Assembly (NCBI GenBank): GCA_951406725.2
Contig: OX597825.1
Location: 32,116,001 to 32,180,000 of the forward strand
From: Octopus vulgaris
Taxonomy: Eukaryota
Direction of reading: 5' to 3'
Length of the DNA stretch: 64,000 bases
Within the stretch, counting starts at the first letter, position 1. Every line of letters starts with the position of its first letter. Of this stretch, positions 1 to 13,677 are shown in pieces. Position numbers and translations under genes: made by a program. Below the pieces are notes generated by a model that saw nothing but the letters and a program-made list of their open reading frames with translations, had not been told where the DNA came from and made no database searches.

Positions 1-727
1 GTGTATGTGTGTGTTTATGTGTGTGTGTGTGTGTGTTGATGTTTGTTGTTTTGATATGTTTTTGGGTATAAAGTGTTGTGTCTCACAATCAAATTATAAC
101 TCAACAGTGAATAAAATATAAAAAAAAATACAGTAAAATAAGTACCCAACTGGAATAAGTTGTGAGACAGATGCAATTGACCAAAATGCTTCAAAGCGGC
201 GTCCCAACATGGGCAGTGTCCAATAATAGTAGTAATAATAGTTAGTAATAGTAGAGAACAAAAATCATATATATAAATATAAAATGAAATAATATTGGTT
301 AGTCCTGTCATTTATGTGTGGTCAGTATACTTGTATGATTGGATGTATGACTATGATGATGACGGGCTGCATGAGGACAATGGTGGTGGGTTGTACAGTG
401 ATTGTGGTGGTGGGATGTGTAGTGATGAAGGTTGTGGCAGTTACAACGGGTTGTGTGATGATGATGGTAGCAGCAAGGGTGTATGATGGGGATTATGGTG
501 GTGGAATGTATAGTGATGATTACAGTTGTGGTGGTGGGCTGCATATTATTATTACACATGAATGGTAAGCAAGAAGTAGCTAAACCACTAGAAAGATGAA
601 GTAAGAAAAAGCCAATGTAAAACATTGTCATAAACAGATGGTCTTGCAAGAGAGTGAGTGGTTTGCACATGTGTGTATATGTGTGCATGCATGCATATGC
701 TGTATATGTATATATATACACTCACAA

Positions 728-800
<73 letters not shown>

Positions 801-1890
801 CATATATATATATACATATACATGTTTATAGATATATATATATATATATATATATACATACACACACACACACACACATATATATATGTATATACACACA
901 CAAATGTAGAGCTATATATGTATATGTGTGTGTATATATACATACACACACACACACACACGTGTGTATATATAGATGGGATTTACAGTCCAGAAATATA
1001 GCAGTTGTCCCATCAGCCAGCCAGCCAGCCTCATCAGGCAGATCAAACTGCCTTTAATTAGTAATGGCCTTCCTTTCTATCAGCTTGTTGCCAACCAGTT
1101 GTTAGTAATCACTTATTGTTTTCTAAGCTCTATAATGGATAAATGCAGTTTTACTTCAGTTCAGTACAAACATTGGCCGAAGCCACTGGGTTAGCAATAG
1201 CATAGTGATAAGGAATGGCGCTCTGTTCTGTATTCTTAGTTTTAGCTTGATGTTTTTGTTTTTATTATTTTATTATATTTCATCTTTCACTTTTACATTA
1301 TTATTTTTTTTGTTTTGTTTTATTTTTTTTTTTTGCTTTTTTTTATATCTTTAGTTGTTCGCTGCTGACAACCAGAGATTGGGCAGGTGGAGAGATGGTT
1401 GGTGGGGATGTAGGTAGGAAGGAGCCATTTGCAGTGTTTGTATAGTGTCTGTGCCGCTCAATCCATTGATGGAAACTTTGGGGGAATTATTTCAGGAACA
1501 ATGGCTGTTTTGGGTAGATGGGTGGGCAGGTATGGATATTTTCTTTCTAATTTTTATTTTTGCACGAATTCTTCTCCTTTGGTTTGGCCTTATCATCTTT
1601 GTAATCATTGCCTTTGTAATCATTGCCTTTGTCATCATCATCATCATCATCATCACCATTATCATCATCATCATTGCTATCATCATCATCACCTTTGTCA
1701 GCAATATTCTATTAGACATGTGAATTTTTGCCTTTCAGTGTGTATGTGTGTTTGTATATATTCATATACACATGCACACACACTCACACATACACACATA
1801 GATAGATAGATAGATTGATAGATAGACAGATAGATAGATAGACAGATAGATAGATAGATAGATAGACAGGTAGAAAGATATGTATGTATA

Positions 1891-1961
<71 letters not shown>

Positions 1962-1984
1962 ACACATGCACACATATACTCACA

Positions 1985-2365
1985 CAAGTGTGGCTGTGTG
2001 ATCAAGAAGCTTGCTTCTTAGCCATATGGTCAGAGGTTCAGTCTCACTATGTGGTACCTTAAGCAAGCGTCTTGTGGTTCAAGGTTGACCAAAGCCTTGT
2101 GAGTGAATTTGGTAGAGAGAAATTGAAGGAAGCCTGTTGTGTGTGTGTGTGTGCCCTTGACTTCACATCACATGATGGTTGTAAATGAGCATCACTGTTA
2201 TGCAAGCAGTGTTGGTATTTGTTTCCAGTCTGAGAAATATTTACCTTATATGGAAACAGGTGAGGGTTGGTGACAGAAGGGGCATTTGGCCATAACAAAC
2301 CTGCCTCAACAAATTTTGTCCTACCAAATATAGAAAAAAGGACATTAAATGATGATGATGGTGAT
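1985..2365 (+). mobile_element. tRNA-derived SINE (CORE-like head) with RTE-type (GAT)n tail
   Basis: Head GTGGCTGTGTGATCAAGAAGCTTGCTT...GGTTCAGTCTCACT matches the family at 36561. It has an internal (GT)n and ends AAGGACATTAAATGATGATGATG like the RTE tails. Confidence 0.7.
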
Positions 2366-2379
2366 AATATATATATATA

Positions 2380-3637
2380 CAGGGGTTGGACAAAATAATG
2401 GAAACACCTTAAAATTTCAAATAAATCTATTTTAATATGGAGTAGGGCCAACTTTGGCAGTAATTACCGCTTGAATTCTATGAGGTGTGGACTCGTACAA
2501 AGTTCGAATTGTTTCCAAAGGAATTTTTCTCCATTCTTCAGCTAAAACAGTCTCCAATTCTTGTAGTGATGATGGTGTAGGATATTGACTTGTTTTCCTA
2601 AAATGCACCATAAATGTGCAATAATATTGAGATCTGGGGACTGTAGTGGCCAGATAAGATGTTCAAATTCATTAGGATGTTCCTTTTGCCATTCAGTAAC
2701 AACTTTAGCTGTGTGAACTGCTGAAAGATTGCAATTCCCCTCCAGAAACAGTTCCACAACCATAGGATGAATTTGATCAGATAAAATGCTTAAATAGTCT
2801 TGACTATTAATTCTACCACGAAGGGAAACCATTGGGCTGGTGGATTTCTAAGATATAGCCCTCCAGATCATCACAGATCCTCCTCCATGTTTAACAGCTG
2901 GAAGAAGGCCGTCTGGGTCAAATGCTTCTTTTGGCTGTCTCCACACTTATACTCGACTGGTGGTCGGAAATAAAGTACAGGATGACTCGTCTGAAAAAAT
3001 AACATTCTTTCACTGCTCTAGGGACCAATTCTGTAGATTTTTACTCCACTCTAAATGCTTTAAATTATTTGTTTTGGAAAGTAGTGGTTTTCTGATTGCA
3101 ACTCTCCTATATAATCTAGCTTTGTGCAGCTCCTGGCAAACAGGTTTTGTGGAAACTGGGTTCTCGAGGTGGTCAGTAAGCTCTGCAGTAAATTTGGGGC
3201 TGTACTTTTGCGATCCTTTCTAACAATTTGCATAAAAATCCATCAGTCCCTATCTGAAAGTTTTGGTTTTCTTCTGGTGTTTTGTTTTGACGAGGAAGTT
3301 TTTCTTTCTTTCTCAAAGGCTGTCATTACTTTCAAGACAGTACTTCTTGATACTCCAAACATTTTGGCTGTTTTTGTTACGTTGGCGCCTGCATTACGAG
3401 CACCAACAATTTGACCTCTTTGAAGGTCCGATAGTTCTGTCATTTTAATGGATTTTAATTACTCTTTTCTGATGATATCTGAAAAGAAACAGCAATTTTA
3501 GCAAATTTTAGCAAAACATTATGCAACACTAAAAATAAATCAAAAGATATAAAAATAAAGAAGCTTTTGACAGTTTTATAGATATTTCAAAATTATGATG
3601 CTATGATGCTAGGTGTTTCCATTAGTTTGTCCAGCCC

Positions 3638-3640
<3 letters not shown>
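2380..3640 (-). mobile_element. Tc1-like DNA transposon, degenerate
   Basis: 30-bp TIRs: CAGGGGTTGGACAAAATAATGGAAACACCT (2380) and AGGTGTTTCCATTAGTTTGTCCAGCCCCTG (ends 3640), within (TA)n. Minus-strand fragments: MTELSDLQRGQIVGAR (HTH) and WPLQSPDLNIIAHLW (Tc1 WPxQSPDLNPIE motif). Confidence 0.93.
2420..3443 (-). pseudogene. Tc1-family transposase pseudogene
   Basis: ORF fragments 3243-3443 and 2542-2832 are broken by stops and frameshifts. The left boundary is approximate. Confidence 0.85.
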
Positions 3641-3678
<38 letters not shown>

Positions 3679-4190
3679 TAGGCATGGCTGTGTAGTAAGA
3701 AACTTGCATCTTAGCTTTAACGTTAGCATGAGATGCTCCTTGTGGGTAGTAAAGAAATAAGAAGCTTGCATCCAGACCACTTGGTTCCAGGTTTAGTCTC
3801 ACTGTATGGCATCTTGGGCAAATATAATTTGTTATAGCCCCAGGCTGATTAAAGCCTTGTAAGTGGATTTGGTAGATGGAAACTGAAAGAAGCACATGAT
3901 GTGTCTGTGTTTGTGTTTATCCAATGGTTGACAACCATTGTTGGTTTGTTTACATCAGGAAAAAGAGACCAATAGAAAAAGTTTCAGGCTAAAAAAAAAA
4001 AGTAAAGAAGTCCTGAGCTCAATTTGACCAAAAGTTTCAAGCGGGTAAGGTTTGGCTGCAGGAAAGGCACCTGGCTGTGGGAAATCAATTACATAGCTGA
4101 TTGATGTAAGTAAAAGATGATGATATGACAGAACATAAATAAGAATAAAAGTCTGCCTGCCTCTCTCTCTCTCTCTTTCTCCCTCCCCTC

Positions 4191-4221
<31 letters not shown>

Positions 4222-4228
4222 CACACAG

Positions 4229-4281
<53 letters not shown>

Positions 4282-4589
4282 TTTAACATACAGTGAGAGT
4301 TACTACCTATAAACTAGTTATGAAGTTGTTTAAAGCATATGAGTCATAATATGAAATTATATAATGTGTATTTACTAACTGTGATCATAAGATTGGAGAA
4401 AAAAGAGAAGCAAGCAAAAAGCTAGGTTACTTAATGAAAGTATTCAGAGAAGCAAACATCTGACATTATAACTGCATAAATATTGTGTGTCAGGAATCAT
4501 CCTGAATTGGAAAAGATAAATCCTTATCAGTTGAATGCCTGTTTATGACAAGAATAACTCCAAACTTAAGTACAATACTGAATGCTATA

Positions 4590-5052
4590 GTCCTTTAACA
4601 TTTAAACTGGCTATATCTGGTCAAATTATTCTACCTGTTTTAAGCTGAAACTGGCCAGACCTAGCCTCCCACACTTAATGCTACACTGCCATTCTAGAAA
4701 TAACCAGTCACATCATTGAAATCTCAAAGCTATGAGATAATATATATTTCTTTACTACCCACAAGGGGCTAAACACAGAGGAGACAAACAAGGACAGACA
4801 AACGGATTAAGTCAATTACATCGACCCCAGTGCGTAACTGGTACTTAATTTATCGACACCGGAATGATGAAAGGCAAAGTTGACCTCGGTGGAATTTGAA
4901 CTCGGAACGTAACGGCAGACGAAATACGGCAACGCATTTCGCCCGGCGTGCTAACATCTCTGCCAGCTCGCCGCTATGAGATAATATATGATTAATTGAA
5001 AACTTAAATAAACAAGCATTACATTTGACAGAATAATCTGATTACTAAAGGG
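4590..5052. mobile_element. piggyBac-type MITE interrupted by a SINE
   Basis: Ends AAAGGG followed by TTAA (5053-5056). Homologous to 19269-19730, which is flanked by TTAA on both sides, and to ~63460-63675. Confidence 0.6.
4746..4972 (-). mobile_element. tRNA-derived SINE (Meta-domain-like family)
   Basis: Reverse strand reads GGCGAGCTGGCAGA...GTTCCGAGTTCAAATTCC (A/B boxes) then CTTTGCCTTTCATC...GTCGATAAATTAAGTACCAG. 17-bp TSD GCTATGAGATAATATAT at 4729 and 4973. Confidence 0.9.
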
Positions 5053-5340
5053 TTAAATGTTAAAGTTAGTTATGAGCAAACTGTGGCCAAGGAGACTTCC
5101 TGAGTGAGAAGCACAAGGAAAAATTATTTTGGATTTCTTTAGTGGTGTAGCCAGCCTGATTATGAACCATGTCTCATGTGGCCCACTTCTTGGGAAAGGT
5201 TGTTCATTCCTGATATAAGTTATATATTATATGCACAAAATTATATATTTGGTTGTTGCAGTAGTACTTTTGTTTTGTTCTTGCTGCAGTCAAATATAAT
5301 TTGACATTGCTTATATATATATATATATATATATACATAC

Positions 5341-5394
<54 letters not shown>

Positions 5395-5751
5395 ACATCT
5401 ACACTCACACACACACACACATATCTATCTATCTATCTATATATATATATATATATATATATAAATATATATACACATATAGATATATATATACATATAG
5501 TCTCTAAGTTCTATGTGAACAGCACGCATATTATATAAAGATGTGTGCGTATATATATGATGCGTGTATGTGTATAACCATGTTTGTATACATACGGACA
5601 TATATAAGTATATATTTAGCATGTGTATATGCATACACGTGCACACACACATCTTTATATAATATGTGTGCTATTCACATAATAAGAACTTAGAGACTGA
5701 GAATGTGAAATATATGTGTGTGTGCACGTGTGCGTTTGAGTGTGTGTGTGT

Positions 5752-5803
<52 letters not shown>

Positions 5804-6647
5804 GTGTGTGTGCATATAAATATATGACTGCACATAAATCATGCGTGTGTAGACATTTATAACATTAGCATTCCCTCATGTCAAGAATGACATTTTCACC
5901 AGGATGATCCATTTATGAAATAATCCTTTGAAACCCATTCATTAAGCTCAAATATTTAACGATGCACATAAATAAATCATGACCTGACCATTTGATTGAT
6001 CAGCTTCAGCATGTCAACAGTTATGGAATCAAAGTCAACAACGGATCTCTTTCCTCTATGTTTACCACAATCATTGTGATACCGTTATTTATGCCCTACT
6101 GGCAGCGTCAGTTTAGTATTCAGTGTCTACAGGGATCTTATCAAGGTCTCTCTCCTATTTCTCTGGCTGAAAAGTGGGGTATTTCCTGGCTCTGTGATGG
6201 TCTTGTAAAAATTGCTGAAAATTCCTAGTCTTAAAGAATAGTGGAAAACAATTTATATTCTACAGCAGCTTTGGATGTGCTTCAGACAAATACGGTGTAC
6301 ACATGTATAACAATATTTTTATGTTCCTAATGAATTAGCTTGCTATTTACACACACACACACACACACACATACACACACACACACTGTTGGTGTTGGTG
6401 CCATTGCAAAGAATATCAGTGTTGGTACCATGTAAAAAAACACTCAGTAAACTCGGTAAAGTGGTTGGCGCTAGGAGGAGCATCCAGCCATAGAAACCAT
6501 GCCAAAGCAGACAATGGTGCCTGGTGCAGCTTCTGGCCTTACCAGCACCAGTCCAACTCTCCCAACCCATGATGCCAGCTTGGGAGACTGATGTTAAACG
6601 ATGATGATGATGGTGATTATAATACATGCACACATACATACATACAT

Positions 6648-6706
<59 letters not shown>

Positions 6707-7885
6707 TACATACATACATACATACATACATAAAATCTCTGTCGCTCTCTATCTCAGTATATATCTGAATCTATCTCTGTGAATTTGTCTGTTCGTCTAC
6801 CTATTTATCTATCTGTCTGTCTCTTTGTCTGTCTGTCTGTCCATTCATCCACCTGTCTGTCTGTCTGTCCATTCATCCACCTGTCTGTCTGTCTGTCTGT
6901 CTATCTTGTGTGTGTGCTTGATTCATGATTGGCTGAATTATGAAAACAAGCAGTCCTTCATAGATTGACAGTCAAATTGAGAGAGTGGTGGGAGAGAATC
7001 AGGAGACAGCCAAACAGAGCCACAGACAGGAGAATGAGATGCCGTGAAAGGAAAAGATGGTAAGAGAGAAAAAGAAAGAGAGATGGCAAGCAATCAAACA
7101 TACTTTTCCAAACTTGTTGACCTCCAGGGTTACATAAGCAAAAAAGATGAAAATTGTATATCTCCATATATTGTGTGTGCATGTACATGTGAATGCATGC
7201 ACATGTACACGTGTACATGTGAGTATATGTATGTGAAAGTACAAAGAAGGATGGTATTTATATGTATACATCAAACACTTGCCACATTCAGTGTATGTGT
7301 GTGTGTGTGTTTTGTACATCTATATTCTATAATTTGTTTTGTATATATTTTTGAGCAAGCATGTCAGTACGTATTACAACTGTAATGCAACAAGCTCTTG
7401 CTTCAAGGGGGCACAATGTGACATATTGTACATCAGCTCAAACACTTCTATATCATCAAGTTTCTTCGTATTACACTTTCAACAAAACAAAATGCCATAT
7501 TTTCTGACATACAAGTGGGCATAAGATATAATGTAAACTTGTGTAAATATTCAAACGTTGTCATTATTTTGCCAAATCCTGCTGCATTTGGTCCTCCAAA
7601 GTTGTCTTGGTGAATAAATTAACCTTTTTTTTTTTTTTTTTGTCCAAATCATGTGGACTATTATCTGCCAATGATTTATGGTTAGAATTTAGAGGCAAAT
7701 CACCTCAGCATTAATAGAAGCAAATTATAGCATTCTGAGGTTGTTATTCAGTTCCTTATTCCTCACCTTAAATATTATGACTATTGAGAACAATGCTTCG
7801 GTAATAGAAGGAGATGAATTGCATATCTATCTGCTGTTTATCTGTTGCTTTGTTTGTGTCTCTTTACATCTCTCTCTCTCTCTCA

Positions 7886-7939
<54 letters not shown>

Positions 7940-7971
7940 AATGAAATAAAAAACAGAACACAAAGGATGTC

Positions 7972-8064
7972 GCGGTACACGTGTTTCAAGCTTTATAAAA
8001 ACAACCTATTTTTACATCAATGTCTAATCAACATAAAGGATGGTTTAAAGCTCTCTTCAGCCGC
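7972..8064 (-). ncRNA. Type I hammerhead ribozyme motif (Penelope-like element remnant)
   Basis: Minus strand: GCGG-CTGAAGA-GAGCTTTA...TAAAGCTT-GAAA-CACGTG-TA-CCGC. Stem I GCGG/CCGC, 8-bp stem II, self-complementary stem III ACACGTGT, GUA cleavage triplet. Confidence 0.75.
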
Positions 8065-8357
8065 ATGCAATTGCTATACCAAAGACTTACATCACATTAT
8101 GAAATGTATATATATACACTCATATATATATATATATATATACACACATACATATATATATATATGTATATGACATGAGAGAAAAAAATGGAGTTCACAA
8201 GGCTCTTTATTATTCACTATGATCGTTTCAACTCATTGTGCACAGGCTTTAAACTACATACTACAAGGTGTAAGCCCACATTTAAAATAAATGCTTACAC
8301 ACACATAGACACACATACACAAACACACAAACACAATAACACACACACACATAAATA

Positions 8358-8416
<59 letters not shown>

Positions 8417-8495
8417 ATTGTAGCGTGTAAGGTGTTTATAAGCCATTTAAGAAACACACAAAAACTGTTAGATTCACTTCAACATTTAAATTTAA

Positions 8496-9170
8496 TTTGC
8501 CAAAATATTTTCATTACTTTGAGTCCGCAACCGGTCCACTGACAAAATTCTGTGCTAACAGCTGAGTCCATAATGATGACTGCCCTGCCATCCTTCTTTA
8601 ATTCAGCAGGCAAGGTGCTTTTGATTTGCCTGGTGGCTGTGGTGAAAGAAGTTATCTGAAAGGAATGAGGACAGAGACATTCCTCTTTGGCAAAGTCCTC
8701 ACTGACTTTTTCAAGTTTCACTTGAAAAAGTGAGGATGGAGAGGGAGGTGCTGTCCCTGAGTGAATTTATCAAAAGGTAGGTGAAAATTGCAAAAATGGC
8801 AAGAGTGGATGGTACTGCTTTAAGTGTAGAACTATGAGCTGGAGGAAAGGAGTTGGAAAGGGCACTTGTCCTTGGTATTCAGGGTGATTTTGGATGGTGG
8901 GGTTTCTCAATTACCCTGATACAGGAGGACCCCATCTCTCTCACTTATTTTTATCTTTCTCTCTTTCATCTTCTTCTTAATACTGTATGGTGTGTATACT
9001 TCCCTTCTTTTAATATATACCATGTATACTTTTCCTCTAACTTCAAAAGATTTTTTTTGATCATTCCATTATATGTAAACCCCCACACTTTATGTCTGTC
9101 TTTGTATTATCCCCCTCATCTTTCACCCTCGTGGCAAATAAAAGAAATTATTCGTCTTATTAATTAGTCA
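8496..9170 (-). mobile_element. Probable Penelope-like element remnant with degenerate hammerhead-like end
   Basis: Minus-strand ELKKDGRAVIIMD resembles the PLE RT motif PADKGxAVVIMD. It is followed by TTTGTCA-GTGGACC-...-GAAAATATTT-TGGCAAA. The right boundary is approximate. Confidence 0.4.
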
Positions 9171-9470
9171 TATTATTATCCATAAATTCACAACAGATTA
9201 GACTGTTGGAAAATAAAAGATTCTATCATCAGGCTAATTATTATTATTATTATTATTATTATTTATAGTTGTGTGCCACTGGCTATCTACTTTGGTATTA
9301 TTTGCTATGACCTAAGAAAGTTACTGCTTACTTATCTGTTATTATAGAAAGAGGCAGAGAAATAGAGAGGGGAAGAGAGAAAGAGAGAGATAGAAAGATA
9401 GAATGATAGAGAGATATACTAATGAGATATTCATGAATGGTTTGCTGGTTTCCTGTCTGTACCATGATAG

Positions 9471-9570
9471 AATTGTCTCACATTAGAACTGAATTGAGTA
9501 GTGTTAGTGTCACAGTTGCAACGCACAGACCAGTCAACACGGTCGGTTTTAAGTACAGAAGTGATGACAG
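9471..9570 (+). CDS. Candidate coding exon of unknown host gene (ELSHIRTELSSVSVTVATHRPVNTVGFKYRSDD)
   Basis: Open frame with TAG acceptor (or ACCATGA start at 9464) and CAG|GTATAA donor. Ends in phase 2, compatible with the exon at 12167. Confidence 0.33.
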
Positions 9571-10448
9571 GTATAAAAGCATCTCAAAACAAAGAAATGC
9601 ATTTTTGACAATTCATTGTAAACTACAGAAGAAATGTTAAATTCAGAGGCAGGAGAGTAAACAACATACCTGAACTGGGAAAAAAATAAATAAAATAAAA
9701 TAAAAACACATTGATAAATAAATCAATAAGCGAACGAGTAAATGCAATTTCTTATTTTAAAAGCAGGAAAACAAGCAATTTTAGATGTGCTTCTTTTTTT
9801 TCCCCCTTTTTTCTCCTCCTGTTAAAATCGACAATTGATTTAAAGCAACATGTAAAATTGCGGATGATATGAGAATGTAAGCTCAGTGCCAACCTAATTC
9901 TTGGTTGAAGTTAGTTCAAGTCACTTAATCCACTAATAACCTTGAGAAAGGCAGGAACATCAAATAATTCCCACTTCCTTTCTTTGTAAATGTGTGATTT
10001 CTTTTTGTTTATTAGGAAGAAAACCTTTAGCACCAGAGCAATGCATTACATTGTTTAGTTACGCCTTCTTATATTCTGACAAAAAAAAGAAAATACCGTT
10101 TGAGTCGGGTTTTTGTCTTTCATCCATCGATCTAGGATCGACAAAGTAAACACCAGCAATATATACACACACACACTCATATATGCATACATACATACAT
10201 ACATGATGATGATGATGATTGCCACTTCTTTACAGAAGAAGGCTATCTCTTCAGTTAATAAATACTGTCATGAGATCTTATGTGACTAGCAAGTCCTGCT
10301 TTTGACAAACTCATACGTACATACATATGTACAATCAGACATACATTACATATGTACATACACATAAACATACATACATACATACATACATACAAATATA
10401 TGTACAATCAGACGTACATTACATACGTACATACACATAAACATACAT

Positions 10449-11010
10449 GGTGGCTGCCCCCTTGTTATCGAGTATGGCCATTGCACGAAGCTTAATCAAT
10501 GTTGTTATCGTGCAATGCCTGTGCAAGAAGATTTTTCTAAAGTGAGGAAAGGCTGTGCACTGAGTCAATCCCACTCACTAAGCAACAGCAGCCATAATCC
10601 GAAAAGAACAAGTCAACATCATCGGTAACCACTGAGCTGCAGGTTTTATGTCAGGTTTTATGAGCTGCAGGTTTTATGTTATCCCAGTTACCTGAGTTAC
10701 CTTCTCCTAGAAAGATGCCCCAACAAAGGCTAGGAGTCCTTCACTCCCAATGGTTTAACCGTGCGATCGGGTATTCAGTCCGATTATTTCTATGTCCCCG
10801 CGCATGATACAGCCTTAAGACATTTATTGGATGGCCGTTGACTCTCAAGAGTTCCTCCGCCCTTTGACGGGTTTTGTTTTTCATCCCGCAGGGTGTCCAA
10901 TAAACACCCTCCTCACCAAGCAAGCTTGGTGGGGTTGCCGGTTTAGTTGCCGACGATCCGACCATGCAACAGGTTGTACTGGGTTACATGTTACCAGTAG
11001 CACTCAAAAA
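10449..11010 (-). mobile_element. Probable non-autonomous RTE-derived element (5'UTR plus 3' end)
   Basis: CpG-retaining block. Minus strand has AGCCTTTGTTGGGGCATCTTTCTAGGAGAAGGTAACTC, resembling an RTE 5'UTR motif. Flanked by (CATA)n. Confidence 0.45.
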
Positions 11011-11179
11011 TGACCTGACACAATAAACATACATACATACATACATACATACATACATGCATACACACACACATACACACATATGAACATACATACGAAC
11101 AAACATACCTACCAACATGCATACATGCATGCATGCATGCCAACATGCATACATACATGCATAAATGCATGTCCTACGG

Positions 11180-11495
11180 TTGTTGCCAGTGCTGCCTGAC
11201 TGGCTCTCGTGCTGGTGACATATAAAAAGCACCATTCGAGCATGGTCAATGCCACTACTGCCTGACTGGCCCCCATACCTATTTCTTTATTACCCACAAG
11301 GGGCTAAACACATACCGGTGGCAAGTAAGAAGCACCCACTGTACTCTTGGAGTGGTTGGCATTAGGAAGGGCATCAAGCTGTAGAAACCTTGCCAGATCA
11401 GATTGGAGGCTGGTGCAGCCTCCTGACTCGCCAGTCCTCAGTCAAACCATCCATGGAAAACAGGTGTTAAATGATGATGATGATAATGATGATGT
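11180..11495 (+). mobile_element. RTE LINE 3' UTR fragment
   Basis: GAGTGGTTGGCATTAGGAAGGGCATC...GTTAAATGATGATGAT has the same architecture as the 3' end of 44922-46290. Confidence 0.8.
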
Positions 11496-11518
11496 ATACA
11501 TGTATATATATATTTGTG

Positions 11519-11558
<40 letters not shown>

Positions 11559-11629
11559 TTTGGATATAAATATGTATGTAACTATATGTATATACATATA
11601 TGTATATTCATATATATGTATTTTTATGT

Positions 11630-11800
11630 GTGTCCAACCAGTCACCATGATTGACCACTAAATCCACAAGTTTTTTTTATTCTCTCTCTTGTTTATTTCT
11701 TTGTGTTCCTTTCTTTTGAAGAGTGTAAGCTCGAAACGTAAAAAACTTTCTCACCTTCCTGACACCTGACTTTGTCTTGTTTTTCTATAAATTTCAACTA
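11630..11800 (+). mobile_element. Short hammerhead-bearing Penelope-like mini-element
   Basis: CTTT-CTTTTGA-AGAGTGTAAGCTC-GAAAC-GTA-AAA at 11709-11744. Ends TTTTCTATAAATTTCAAC into TATA, as does the homolog at 20450-20630. Confidence 0.6.
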
Positions 11801-11814
11801 TATAATATATAATA

Positions 11815-11845
<31 letters not shown>

Positions 11846-12166
11846 CATACATACATAGATATATATATATTCTTCAAAGAAATTCCACCTCTGTTTTTAT
11901 GTTTATTTATATTCTTTATAATATTACTGTAGAATATAGAATATATAGTATAAATAATATATATATATATATAGTAAAATGAAATGAAGTATTGATTGTC
12001 ATATTGAATAGATGAAATACTGAATATGAAATATTCAAAATCTGTGTGTATATATATATATATACACACACACACATATAAATACATATATAAATATACA
12101 TACATATATGTATATATGCACACACCCACATACACACACATGTAACCAGTTCTGCTTTGTTGACAG

Positions 12167-12326
12167 TGCTCCTGCACTTCATAAATTAGCTCTGAAAGAA
12201 ATCATTATTCAAATGGTGAGAGATAATCAGTTTAATGACTACATATTTCAAGATCCTTCTGTTTGTAGTCCTGAATTTTCGGGCAACATGATTGCTATTG
12301 AGAGAAAAGATGGACATAGCAAAAAG
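12167..12326 (+). CDS. Candidate internal coding exon of unknown host gene (APALHKLALKEIIIQMVRDNQFNDYIFQDPSVCSPEFSGNMIAIERKDGHSKK)
   Basis: Unique non-repeat sequence. Acceptor TTCTGCTTTGTTGACAG with upstream GTAAC, strong donor AAG|GTGAGA, 53 open codons of protein-like composition. Confidence 0.55.
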
Positions 12327-13249
12327 GTGAGAAAAAAGAGAGAAAAATATCTGTTTAGCTATGAAGTTTGACTTACCTTAATTCTACATGAGAAGAGATT
12401 AAATCATCATCATCATCATCATCGTTTAGCGTCCGCTTTCCATGCTGGCATGGGTTGGACGGTTCAACTGGGGTCTGGGAAGCCAGAAGGCTGCACTAGG
12501 CCCAGTCTGATCTGGCAATGTTTCTACAGCTGGATGCGCTTCCTAACGCCAAGACAAAAGCGTTATGGTCTGAACACTTTTCATCATTAAATAATTAAAC
12601 AAATAAAGAGGACATTGAATCAAACATCCACACACACATACATAAATGCATATACACACACATACATTCTCTCCCCTCTGTCTCCCTCTCCCCTTTGACA
12701 GTCTTGCAAACTTCCCCTCCCCTTCTCAACCTGTCCAGTTTTGGCTCTATTTCACTTATATACACATCTACGTAGCATAAGGGTACCCCCCATCACATCC
12801 TCACTGTCTTTCCTTTTTCTTGTCTCTCTCTCTCTCCCCTACTGAGGTTGTCATGTATCCCCTCTACTACAAGACCCCTATTTTTCTCTCCCCCTACTCA
12901 TACTCCAGCCTCTCATCTCTTGGCACAAAACCATTTCCCTCAATACTTCTCCCCACTCGGTTGAAGGTTCCTGTCCACAGAAACAGCAAGTACCCAACGA
13001 ACCCTGTAAAGTGGTTGGAATTAGGAAGGGCTTCCAGCCATAGAAACCAATGCCAAAGCAGACACTGGAGTGCTTAGCACATTCTTTGAACTTGCCAGCT
13101 CCTGTCAAACCATCCTGGCCATGTCAGCATGGAAAGAGGGGGTTAAATGATGATGATGATGATGATGATGATAGTTGTTTACTTACTAGACGAGCATGAC
13201 TACCACAGACTGACAGTATCAGCAATGTCTGTACAAAGGTTTTAAGTTA

Positions 13250-13498
13250 GATACGTATACACTTATATATGTACACACTTATATACGTACACACTTATAT
13301 ATGTGTACACTTATAGACGTACACACTTATATACATACACACTTATATACATACACACTTAGATACATACACACTTATATACATACATACTTAGATACAT
13401 ACACACTTATATACGTACATACTTATATACATACACGCTTAGATACATACACACTTATATACGTACACACTTATATACATACACATTCATATACATAC
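13250..13498. repeat. 16-bp minisatellite (consensus ~RTACACACTTATATAC), about 15 copies
   Basis: CACTTA recurs at 13260, 13276, 13292, 13308 and onward. Confidence 0.9.
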
Positions 13499-13606
13499 AG
13501 CGTTGCTCTTTTTCCTTTGTAAGAAATTAAGAAATTAAATCCAGAACATATAAACGTCCAAGCAGTGAGAGAGAGAAAGAGAGAGAGAGAGACAGAGAGA
13601 GAGAGA

Positions 13607-13677
<71 letters not shown>

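Noticed and set aside
295-545. Gly/Asp/Cys-rich ORF resembling a structural protein
   Set aside because: Degenerate (GAT/GGT)-based ~24-bp repeat with no convincing splice signals.
588-1057. [12 protein letters not shown] ORFs here and throughout the window
   Set aside because: Translations of (TA)n, (CA)n and (TG)n microsatellites.
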